Positions 1-9,424 of a stretch of 26,785 nucleotides of DNA are shown here, in pieces. How positions within the stretch are numbered: the first letter of the stretch is position 1; each line of letters begins with the position of its first letter. This DNA comes from Octopus sinensis (taxonomy: Eukaryota). The translations under genes and the position numbers were made by a program. The stretch spans positions 1 through 26,785 of the forward strand of contig NW_021836077.1 of NCBI RefSeq assembly GCF_006345805.1, in the 5' to 3' direction. Below the pieces are notes generated by a model. It was not told the origin of the DNA, searched no databases, and worked only from the letters and a program-made list of their open reading frames with translations.

Positions 1-276
1 CATCGTTGTCAAGCAATGCTAGGGGACAACACAGACAGACAAACATATACACACACACTTATATATATATATATTATATATATATATATATATTATATAT
101 AATACATATATACGACGGGCTTTTTTTCAGTTTCCGTCTACTACCAAATCCACTCACAAGGCATTGGTCGGCCCGGGGCTATAGCAGAAGACACTTGCCC
201 AAGATGCCATGCAGTGGGAGTGAACCCGAACCATGTGGTTGGTTAGCAAGCTACTTACCACACAGCCACTCCTGCG
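1..276 (-). mobile_element. tRNA-derived SINE, family A (internal microsatellite), cut by window edge
   Basis: Reverse complement begins CGCAGGAGTGGCTGTGTGGTAAGTAGC (A-box-like TGGCTGTGTGG) with B-box-like GGGTTCACTCCC. Colinear with the copy at 9183-9590, including the internal TA/CA array. Confidence 0.9.
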
Positions 277-349
277 TTCTTTCTTTTCATAAATCAGGTG
301 ACCTTAAAAGTTGACATTCAAGCACGAAATAATGGAAATTTATTCTATA

Positions 350-600
350 GCGATCCATTGGTATTTTCGAGAATCAGATAAAGTTGGTCCGATATTGTTG
401 TAAGAGAAAAGCGAAGCTATTTGAGGCTGTGAAATTAACTGGTAACATCTTAGCTGGAGATCAATGCTACCAATATCGATAGGCAGTTAAAATATACATA
501 GGCCAAACGTGCAAGATACGGTCAACAGAAATACGAAGAGCAATAAACAGGAACCTAGTGACCTTCTCGACACAGGACAGAAGATAATCATCTTTTGTGT
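350..600 (+). pseudogene. Decayed Penelope-like element ORF fragment (linker plus GIY-YIG endonuclease)
   Basis: Manual translation across stops and frameshifts gives SDKVGPILL (from 374), FEAVKLTGNIL, KIYIGQT (489-509) followed by RRAI, then LLDTGQKI. The order matches the Penelope pattern DKIGRIL..YIGQT..EH.RAI..H...TGH.I. Confidence 0.55.
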
Positions 601-608
601 CTACTAAT

Positions 609-769
609 GAGAGAGAGAGAGAGAGAGAGAGGAGAAGAGAGAGAGAATGTGTGTATGTGTATGCGTATATATCAGTGTATTTATATGTGTGTGTGCATAT
701 AAACATATACATACATTTATATATATACATACATATATATATAATATATATATATATATATCTACATAT

Positions 770-827
<58 letters not shown>

Positions 828-860
828 CACGGGCACACACACACACACATACATATGCGC
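609..860. repeat. Compound microsatellite (GA)n/(TA)n/(CA)n/(TATG)n
   Basis: Directly visible. Confidence 0.95.
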
Positions 861-890
861 ATTTATGCGTGTTTATATGTGTATGTACGA

Positions 891-1034
891 TTAAGAAGTT
901 TGCATCCGAACCAACTTGTTCCGAGTTCAGTCTCACTGCGTGGTACCTTGAGTAAGTGTCTTCTACAACAGCCGCGGGTCGACCAAATCCTTGCGAGTGG
1001 ATTTCGTAGACGGAAACTGAAAGAAGTCCATCCT

Positions 1035-1035
<1 letters not shown>
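891..1035 (+). mobile_element. SINE family A, 5' half
   Basis: GAGTTCAGTCTCACTGCGTGGTACCTTGAGTAAGTGTCTTCTAC...GACGGAAACTGAAAGAAG aligns to about 9200-9345 and ends in (AGAT)n. Confidence 0.85.

Positions 1036-1121
<86 letters not shown>
1035..1121. repeat. (AGAT)n microsatellite
   Basis: Perfect tetranucleotide array. Confidence 0.98.
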
Positions 1122-1122
<1 letters not shown>

Positions 1123-1438
1123 GTTTCTTTATTGGCCACACAGGGCTGCACACAGATGGGACAAGTTACAAGGTAGAGCTTTTCTTTTGGGGAATGAAAA
1201 AAAGGGGGTGGCGTAGGTTTTCGATCAAGAGGGATCGTAAAAGGGAAGAAAAGAACAAAAAGAAAAAGAAAAAAGAAAAAAAGAAAAGAAAAAATAGAAT
1301 AAAAAAGATAAAAAGAAAAAAAGAAAAAAAAAGAAAGGGAAAGGAACAAAAGAAAAGAGAAATGAAAAAAGAAGAAAAAAGGGGGAAAAAAGGGGAAGAG
1401 GGAAAGAAAAAATGGAACGATCAATAGGGATCAATAGG
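1122..1438 (-). mobile_element. Probable retroelement 3' end (pyrimidine-rich UTR plus AATAAA) inside a (GATA)n array
   Basis: Minus strand ends CTGTGTGCAGCCCTGTGTGGCCAATAAAGAAA, similar to the SINE tails at 21145-21200 and 24320-24372. (GATA)n flanks both sides. Confidence 0.55.

Positions 1439-1506
<68 letters not shown>
1439..1506. repeat. (GATA)n microsatellite
   Basis: Perfect tetranucleotide array. Confidence 0.98.
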
Positions 1507-1705
1507 CTGCAATAGTCTAGGGTCCAAAGGCCCGCAGCCTTTCAATCCCCTACCACAAAAATTAAGAAATCTGCATAAGGTGGAGGTAAATGTTTTCAAA
1601 AAGGAACTAGACATCTTTCTCTCCACAATAGCGGATGAACCAACAGCCCGACATGAGGTGCAGACGAGGGCAGCGGAATCAAACTCCCTTAAACATGAAA
1701 TAGGC
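1505..1705 (+). mobile_element. LINE (CR1/L2 group) ORF2 C-terminal fragment
   Basis: Translates YCNSLGSKGPQPFNPLPQKLRNLHKVEVNVFKKELDIFLSTIADEP..RAAESNSL, a typical CR1-group ORF2 end. Homologous to 21432-21650. Confidence 0.8.
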
Positions 1706-2060
1706 CAACAGCTGGGGCAAAGACACAAACAGAAACGCACCTATAGAACTGTAAGACTATTAGACAGGGTATTTGTTCCAGCTTTTTTTAATTTCGTGAA
1801 TAAATCCCGCCTCAGCAAATTTGATATCACCGCCTGATACCTCGGGCAACTTTAGCGGAGTTCATTCCATTACAAAAGAGCCATATCTCTAAGCAATGGA
1901 CACTTTCCCATCTCCTTCGCACAAGTTTTCAATGGCTTCCTCTGCTTAAAAACGAGAGAAAGGGGAAAAAAATACACGGACTTAATATTAAAGAGAAATG
2001 TTCACACACAACTTAAGAGCAGGGGCACACACCGCCATATATGTGCACGCTCCAACTCAC

Positions 2061-2143
2061 ACATTTACAAATTCCGGAAGCTGTTTTAACTCAACATATA
2101 TTTTCGCTTTGTTAGCATCCGGTTGGAACTCCGTTAAGAAGAA
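2061..2143 (-). CDS. Candidate 83-nt exon of an unidentified gene (FFLTEFQPDANKAKIYVELKQLPEFVN)
   Basis: Minus strand shows acceptor tctattttctttgaaattgtttcag, one open frame and donor GTGAGT. A 116-nt intron follows, ending in a strong pyrimidine tract plus AAGCAG at 1942-1947. No protein family recognised. Confidence 0.35.
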
Positions 2144-2176
2144 CTGAAACAATTTCAAAGAAAATAGACACCACCA

Positions 2177-2323
2177 GCGTGCCTATGTGGTAAGAAGCTT
2201 GATTCCCACCCACTTGGTCCCCAGGATGTGACATTGAAGTGTATCCTACTATAGCCTCGGCTCGACCAGGGCCTTGAGAGTGGACTTGATGAATGGACGG
2301 AAACTGAAAGAAGCGCGATCGTA

Positions 2324-2325
<2 letters not shown>
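2177..2325 (+). mobile_element. SINE family A, diverged 5' half
   Basis: TGTGGTAAGAAGCTTG...CTACTATAGCCTCGG...GACGGAAACTGAAAGAAG, then (TA)n/(GA)n. Confidence 0.85.
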
Positions 2326-2360
<35 letters not shown>

Positions 2361-2404
2361 GAGAGAGAGAGAGAGGGAGAGAGAGGGGGGAGAGAGAGAA
2401 AGAG

Positions 2405-2580
2405 AGAACAAGTAGAAAGATAAATTTTATTCAACGCGTAAATACTGACCAGTATATATATAAAAGGAAAAAGCAGAAAAAATTGCCGGCAAATTTCTCT
2501 TGTTTTAAAAAGGATTTTATCCTTTATATGTACTGTTCAGTATTTACGCATTGAATAAAATTTATCTTTCTACTAGTTCT
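2405..2580. repeat. Imperfect palindrome of about 175 bp centred on TTGCCGGCAA
   Basis: AGTAGAAAGATAAATTTTATTCAACGCGTAAATACTGA (from 2411) is the reverse complement of the arm ending at 2574, with few mismatches. Confidence 0.9.
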
Positions 2581-2632
2581 AGAATACATTTCAACACTTC
2601 AAAAAAAACTATGCTTGTTTACACACGACGTA

Positions 2633-2681
<49 letters not shown>

Positions 2682-2689
2682 TATATATA

Positions 2690-3070
2690 TGCCAGCTGAA
2701 TTCAATTCGTCTCCAGTCGAAAGACGCCTGTTGTTATGTCCTGTTATCATTATTATTATTATTGTTTTTTTTATTTATATTCGTATTATTTTTTCTTTTT
2801 TTGGGGGGGGGGGGGTTGTATTTATATTCGTGTAACATCGTCCGTTTTTCTGTCCCTGTTTCGTATACATTCGATCCTTTTTCCAAGGAATCTAATGCTC
2901 TTAGCTTTATTTTACCTTGGGGCTGGCCAGATTGGAGCAATCTCAAGATTAATCAGCCGAAATTGCGAGGATGATCCGGTTCTTAACTGAAGATTAAAGG
3001 CTTCGAATGACCCGTCCAGATTTTTTGTATCGTCTATTTGGATGTTTTGCGTGCTTGTCACATTTTGTAT
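2690..3070 (+). mobile_element. Unclassified interspersed repeat between (TA)n arrays, related to 4385-4720
   Basis: Shares CCAGA.TGGA(A)GCAAT and CGAAATTGCG-N16/17-TAACTGAAGA with 4565-4633. Confidence 0.45.
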
Positions 3071-3154
3071 TATATATATATATATATATAGTATAATATA
3101 TATGGAAAAAAAGTCAAGGTAGAAAATGCTAAATTAATTTTATAAAAGACAATT

Positions 3155-3190
3155 CAGTACCGTTTTCGGTCATTGAGACTTTTTCAACTG
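3155..3190 (-). ncRNA. Possible degenerate minimal hammerhead (U3-A8 core variant)
   Basis: Minus strand: CAG-TTGAAAA-AGTC-TCAAT-GACC-GAAA-ACG-GTA-CTG. Stems are only 3 bp. Confidence 0.3.
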
Positions 3191-3326
3191 TAAGTATGGG
3201 GTTTTAATTCGCAGGTAATCTAAGCGATTAGGTACGCTATGTAAGTGCTGTAACGGATTACTGAGGCTCCAAGTTTATAGCCGAGGCAATAGTTATGGAC
3301 CCATTGCAGATCTCCAATGCAGCAGA

Positions 3327-3446
3327 TATATAATTGATAAAGAGAACAACAGATATTAGGGCAAGACAAACATCTTAATATTATTATTGGAAAGGACTTA
3401 AGATGTTTGCATTGCCGTAATGTTTGTTATTCTCTTTAACAATTAT

Positions 3447-3449
<3 letters not shown>
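3327..3449. repeat. Inverted repeat, arms about 52 bp, 19-bp spacer
   Basis: 3327-3378 (TATATAATTGATAAAGAGAAC...CAAACATCTTAA) versus the reverse complement of 3398-3449. Confidence 0.9.
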
Positions 3450-3477
<28 letters not shown>

Positions 3478-3502
3478 TACATACATATATATATATATAT
3501 AA

Positions 3503-3546
<44 letters not shown>

Positions 3547-3990
3547 ATAATAAATCTCTGAACGAGATATAAACAGTAACTGCTCGACAACGTAAGGGGG
3601 ATCAGCCATCTGAATGTGGCTAGGGACAGGGCGGGGTGGTGGTGGTGTTACTGATGCTTTTAGCCCCAGGCGACCAACGTCACCAGAAGGACTGACCATC
3701 TCAGTGTCCTTGTTTGTTTGGACTAGTTTCTACATCAGTGACAGTGGTTACTGTGAAAAACCTTATATATGTTGTTTGTAGAGGGAATCCTTCATCGAAG
3801 ATCGGTACTTACCATACGTCGATAAGAGGCAATGAGATAAAACCACTATTAGGCAAATCAAACAATGAAAAACATAAGCCAATACATAAAATTAATTAAT
3901 TTATATTATTTTAAATATATATCAAAAGTATTAAAAGTTTAATAAAAGATAAAGAGTAAAACACTACGATCGTTTCATGGCTGTACAATT

Positions 3991-4024
<34 letters not shown>

Positions 4025-4028
<4 letters not shown>

Positions 4029-4152
4029 TGTGTGTCCTTGTGTCTGTATTGGTGCTTACCTCCGCATAACCTAGCAGTTTAACAAAAGAGGCCAACATAA
4101 TAAGTACCAAGCTTTAAAAAGTAAGCATTAGGGTCGATTCATTCAATAAAAA
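4025..4152 (+). mobile_element. SINE family A, diverged 3' tail (duplicated at about 5354-5481)
   Basis: CAAAAGAGGCCAACATAATAAGTACCAAGCTT...GGGTCGATT resembles 9525-9585. Confidence 0.7.
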
Positions 4153-4308
4153 GACTACACCATCCAGTGAGAGATAAATATTTGATGTATACAGTATGAC
4201 GATATGAGACACATGGCGAGGCAGATTTTTATAACGTGTCACGTATCTCCAAGCAATCTCAGGCTCTCTCCCTCTCTCTCTTTATATATATATATATATA
4301 TGTGTGTC

Positions 4309-4374
<66 letters not shown>

Positions 4375-4725
4375 TGTGTGTGTTGGATGCAGGTTGCATC
4401 GTTAACCAGCTAGAGGAAATGCCCTCTTGGGGTTAAATAATCGCAGTAACATCTGTTCCAAAGGAACAGCCATGTTGAAGTGGCGACAAACATTTCTTGC
4501 CAATATAATAACTGCATCAACTCTTACAGAGTTTTCAGAACTAGCCTCTTTGCTTGCCAGTTCCTCCAGAGTGGAAGCAATATTATCGATAATGGACGAA
4601 ATTGCGCTTGACCCTCTGGCCGATAACTGAAGAGGAGTTGGTCACTTTCTATGCTATCCATTCGTCTCTGTATTTAGTATATGTTCGCCTGTTTATCTAG
4701 TTCACGTTTTTTTTATTATATATAT

Positions 4726-4860
4726 GTAAATTAGTGTACATTTAAACACAAAGGAGGTAAGCCATAACAGGTCGCCTTACATACTGGAAGGAACTGTCAA
4801 AAAGTCCAAACCACAGTTAAGAGCAATTTCGAAGGGAATGAAGAATTTAAAACATTTACC
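4726..4860. mobile_element. Interspersed repeat homologous to 19053-19160 (duplicated at about 6045-6178)
   Basis: AAATTAGTGTACATTTAAACACAAAGGAGG...TTAAGAGCAATTT is shared with the 19 kb element. Confidence 0.8.
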
Positions 4861-5120
4861 ATGTTTTACAGCTGGACTTTAGGTTTCGAACTTGAATTAG
4901 CAAATAAAATAATTTTCAAGGCGAAGTTCTCATCAGCGGATACGCCAAACATTAACATATAAATTAGATACAAAATAACACGTGTCTCATCCTTATATAT
5001 CATAATTTTTCAAATCCACTGCGCAAGCGCAGTTTCAATTGGAAGTAACTAAAGTTTCCGATTAAACTTCAGAAATTGCTGAAATCATTTCTTAAAATTA
5101 ATATATATCTGGGTTTTTTT

Positions 5121-5296
5121 CACCATGATAGATCTCTAGCCACTACACATTCTTTATTTTCTCTCCCTGTTTCTTTCTGTTTTCCTTTCTGTGGAAGAAT
5201 GTAGGCTCGAAACGTTAAAGACTTTTTCACTTCCCGAGTGTTATACTAATACATCTGTTTGTTATCTACACCACTTGTCTTCGTCTTTTGTTTTCT
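5121..5296 (+). mobile_element. Non-coding element of about 180 bp with hammerhead-like motif at 5185-5220 (family H), copy 1
   Basis: CTTT-CTGTGGA-A-GAAT-GTAG-GCTC-GAAA-CG-TT-AAAG. The whole element aligns to 19487-19675 and 24748-24933. Confidence 0.75.
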
Positions 5297-5305
5297 TATA
5301 CATAC

Positions 5306-5354
<49 letters not shown>

Positions 5355-6437
5355 GTCTGTGTGTCCTTGTGTCTGTATTGGTGCTTACCTCCGCATAACC
5401 TAGCAGTTTAACAAAAGAGGCCAACATAATAAGTACCAAGCTTTAAAAAGTAAGCATTAGGGTCGATTCATTCAATAAAAAGACTACACCATCCAGTGAG
5501 AGATAAATATTTGATGTATACAGTATGACGATATGAGACACATGGCGAGGCAGATTTTTATAACGTGTCACGTATCTCCAAGCAATCTCAGGCTCTCTCC
5601 CTCTCTCTCTTTATATATATATATATATATGTGTGTCTGTCTGTGTGTGTGTGTGTGTGGTGTGTGTGTGTGGTGTGTGTGTGTGTGGTGTGTGTACGTG
5701 TGTGTGTTGGATGCAGGTTGCATCGTTACCAGCTAGAGGAATGCCCTCTTGGGGTTAAATAATCGCAGTAACATCTGTTCCAAAGGAACAGCCATGTTGA
5801 AGTGGCGACAAACATTTCTTGCCAATATAATAACTGCATCAACTCTTACAGAGTTTTCAGAACTAGCCTCTTTGCTTGCCAGTTCCTCCAGAGTGGAAGC
5901 AATATTATCGATAATGGACGAAATTGCGCTTGACCCTCTGGCCGATAACTGAAGAGGAGTTGGTCACTTTCTATGCTATCCATTCGTCTCTGTATTTAGT
6001 ATATGTTCGCCTGTTTATCTAGTTCACGTTTTTTTATTATATATGTAAATTAGTGTACATTTAAACACAAAGGAGTAAGCCATAACAGGTCGCCTTACAT
6101 ACTGGAAGAACTGTCAAAAAGTCCAAACCACAGTTAAGAGCAATTTCGAAGGGAATGAAGAATTTAAAACATTTACCATGTTTTACAGCTGGACTTTAGG
6201 TTTCGAACTTGAATTAGCAAATAAAATAATTTTCAAGGCGAAGTTCTCATCAGCGGATACGCCAAACATTAACATATAAATTAGATACAAAATAACACGT
6301 GTCTCATCCTTATATATCATAATTTTTCAAATCCACTGCGCAAGCGCAGTTTCAATTGGAAGTAACTAAAGTTTCCGATTAAACTTCAGAAATTGCTGAA
6401 ATCATTTCTTAAAATTAATATATATCTGGGTTTTTTT

Positions 6438-6613
6438 CACCATGATAGATCTCTAGCCACTACACATTCTTTATTTTCTCTCCCTGTTTCTTTCTGTTTT
6501 CCTTTCTGTGGAAGAATGTAGGCTCGAAACGTTAAAGACTTTTTCACTTCCCGAGTGTTATACTAATACATCTGTTTGTTATCTACACCACTTGTCTTCG
6601 TCTTTTGTTTTCT
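6438..6613 (+). mobile_element. Family H element, copy 2 (part of the tandem duplication; motif 6502-6537)
   Basis: Same sequence as 5121-5296. Confidence 0.75.
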
Positions 6614-6630
6614 TATACATACAGATATAT

Positions 6631-6694
<64 letters not shown>

Positions 6695-6891
6695 TTCGAT
6701 AGGTGAATGAATTTACCGTCAACATGGAAAATTCGATGAACCGATACCAGGCTAGCAAATTCACGTCGGAAACACGGTTGAAGCGACCTGTCCAAGGGTA
6801 GAAACTCCGGATTCATGTGCAGAAATTTGTGTGTTATATATGAATAAATAAATAAATGGAGTTAAACGATGATGTTAACAAAATTCCTTTA

Positions 6892-6973
6892 CTCTCGACA
6901 TATGTTTCAAAGACAACATGGTTTTATTCCAAAGGAATAAACTGTGCAAGATGCAATCATCTCATCAGGAAAG
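6892..6973 (-). ncRNA. Type-I hammerhead ribozyme motif with canonical core and enlarged domain II
   Basis: Minus strand: CTTTC-CTGATGA-[53 nt with hairpins GATG/CATC and TTTATTCC/GGAATAAA]-GAAA-CATATG-TC-GAGAG. Stem I is CTTTC/GAGAG, stem III is the palindrome ACATATGT, and the triplet is GUC. Confidence 0.65.
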
Positions 6974-7599
6974 AAAGGGAGCCTCTCTCAACAACAAGAC
7001 AAAACAATAATTGCGATAACTGCCTACATGGTAAACAAAACGATAATAAGTGTTTAAAAAACCGTTAGTAGAATTGACGTCAAAGTTAGAGAAGTAAGAA
7101 GAGAAGGGTTAAAGTAATAATAGGTAGGGAACAAGTAGAGAAGGAGGGGTACGTTGATTAAAAGAATGTTCAAAGGCTTAGAAAAGAATTTCTCTATTGA
7201 AGTGGAGTGCACGTTAATCTAATTGTTCAAACCACAGTGACAACCGTTATCATTTATATGAGTAGAAAGTATGTTTCTGCAAGTGTATATATATATATAC
7301 ACAACAAGAAATAATATTTGTTTTTTCTTTCTTTTTAAGGAAACAAAAGGGTTTATAGGACACGCTTTAGCATTTTTATTTTATGAATGTTTAGTCGTTT
7401 ATATTTACCATTTCCATAGGACGTTCTATATACGTATTTTATTCGCATATATATTTTTACCTTCTGCCTTTTTATGTATATCTATATTTCTATATGTTTA
7501 AGAACCATGGTAATATTTATATATGATTAAATGTCTGGGGTGTGGGGTTATATATAAAGTCGTTGACTCGAATTTGATGTGTGTTCTATCACCAATGTT

Positions 7600-7638
<39 letters not shown>

Positions 7639-7639
7639 G

Positions 7640-7684
<45 letters not shown>

Positions 7685-7759
7685 TGCGTGTGTAAAAAAA
7701 TATTTTTTAATACTATAATTAAAAACGTGAAAACCAAACCATGTTTTAACTTTATTCAA

Positions 7760-7797
<38 letters not shown>

Positions 7798-7798
<1 letters not shown>

Positions 7799-8193
7799 TA
7801 GCAGTATCGCCCGGCGTTGCTCGGGTTTGTAAGGGAAATAACTATAAAGCATTTTTAGAGAGTTATAGCCAAAAAACAGCAAAAAATGCATTAAAAATAG
7901 AAAAAAAATTATGGTAAATTTTTTTTTTAATCGTTGACTCATCGTAGACATATTTAGAGAGTTACTTCCCTTTATTTAAAAAATATGCTTTAAAATGGAA
8001 AAAAATTATGGTAAATTATTTTAAAAATCGTAGACTCATCGTAGGCGCGCGCTAATACGCAGAAGGGCTCGATATGAATCACGACTATAAGATACCCGGT
8101 TTTGGTTAAACTGCACCGCAAAATGTGGGAGTAGTTAGGAATCTAAATCGTAGGAGACAGACACTCACACAACTTCACTTTTATATATATAGA
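7798..8193 (-). mobile_element. Non-autonomous Helitron (396 bp)
   Basis: Minus strand starts TCTATATATATAAAAGTG and ends CCCGAGCAACGCCGGG hairpin (7810-7825), a short spacer, then CTAG. It sits between host A and T with no TSD and has an internal direct repeat of about 99 bp (about 7853-8045). Confidence 0.85.
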
Positions 8194-8315
8194 TATATAC
8201 ACAAATATACACACACACATATGGTTCTAGGGCAACTGTTACGAGGACAATTGATATCTAAGACAACTCACACCAGCTAACAGTGATACAGATTTAATTT
8301 TGAAGTAAATTTGGC

Positions 8316-8592
8316 GTGTGTGTAGTGTGTGTATGTGTGTGTGCGTGCGTGTGGTGTGTATTTGTGTGTGTGCCTTGTGTGCATGTGTGGATACGAGTGT
8401 GGTATGTATTTTTGGTTGTGTGCGTGGTGTGTGTGTGTGTGTGTGCGTGTGTGGGTGGGTGTATGTGTGTGTGTTCATGTATGTGTGTGCAGTGTGTGTT
8501 TGTGGTGTGTATAAGAGTGTGTATGCGTTGTGTGGTGTGTGTGTATGTGTATGCGTGTATGTGCGTGTGTGTACGTGTGTGTGTGCGTGTGA
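8316..8592. repeat. Degenerate (TG)n tract
   Basis: Directly visible; explains four spurious ORFs. Confidence 0.95.
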
Positions 8593-9182
8593 GTCCGAAT
8601 ATGCTTGTTGTGCGTTCGAACCGGTGAACAAGCTACTCATTGCGTTTTGTCACGGAAAATATATCCGTTTGTTGACAGATGGTGTGTATACACCTGGATC
8701 AGATCACAGCGCCACCTTCCCAGACGGTGAGAATCCAGCATTTCAGAGTAGTTATCTCCTCTTCCGTGACAGGCACCAAGCATCTGCGTATATATTTACA
8801 GAGCGCAACCGGTAAATTCGGACCATTTAAATATCTTTAATAGAACTGGTATTACTTGGAAAAATCAAACACTGCAAGTTTTATGTCTATGCCGTGAAGG
8901 GTTTAGCACTTAATTCAGTTCGATGTGACCGCCATATGCTTTTTTTACCAGTTCATTCCGTTTATGAAATGATGCGCATGCGTTAACTATTTCTTCCTTT
9001 ATATTTTACTGAATGCTCACTCGATCGAAGCCTTAAGTGAGAACACACAGTTGTGAGAAGTTGTATTGAATATTGCTTCAGCTGAGTCCCTTAGCCAAAA
9101 ATCACACGGATTCAAACCTGGCAAGCTAGAGGGCCAGTTATCTTTGTATCCTGTACGCACATGACTCGACCTGCATCACACT

Positions 9183-9376
9183 GCAAGAGTGGCTGTGTGG
9201 TAAGAAGCTTGCTTCCTAGTCACATGGCTCCGGGTTCAGTCCCACTGCGTGACACCTTGGGCAAGTATCTTCTACTATAGCCTCGGGCCGATCAAAGCCT
9301 TGTGAGTGGATTTGGTAGGCGGAAACTGAAAGAAGCCAGTCCTATATATAACATGTATGTGTGTTTGTGCACGACT

Positions 9377-9424
<48 letters not shown>

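Larger units (their letters stand above)
4021..6627. repeat. Tandem duplication, two units of about 1.3 kb (4021-5310 and 5350-6627) bounded by (TA)n
   Basis: Units are colinear throughout (offset 1329 at the start, 1317 at the end). The ORF track gives identical 67-aa ORFs at 4427 and 5749. Confidence 0.97.

Noticed and set aside
963-1427. Lys-rich (+) and Phe-rich (-) ORFs
   Set aside because: Products of one purine-rich low-complexity tract.
3960-3990. GAAACGATCGTA on the minus strand, a palindromic stem III-like half hammerhead
   Set aside because: The 5' core half is absent (a (TA)n array lies there), so it cannot be called.
4427-4630. 67-aa ORF present twice identically (also 5749-5952)
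   Set aside because: Identity is explained by the tandem duplication; it has a non-ATG start and no recognisable domain.
4905-4945. CTGATGA..GAAA on the minus strand (also in the duplicate)
   Set aside because: No stem I or stem II pairing.
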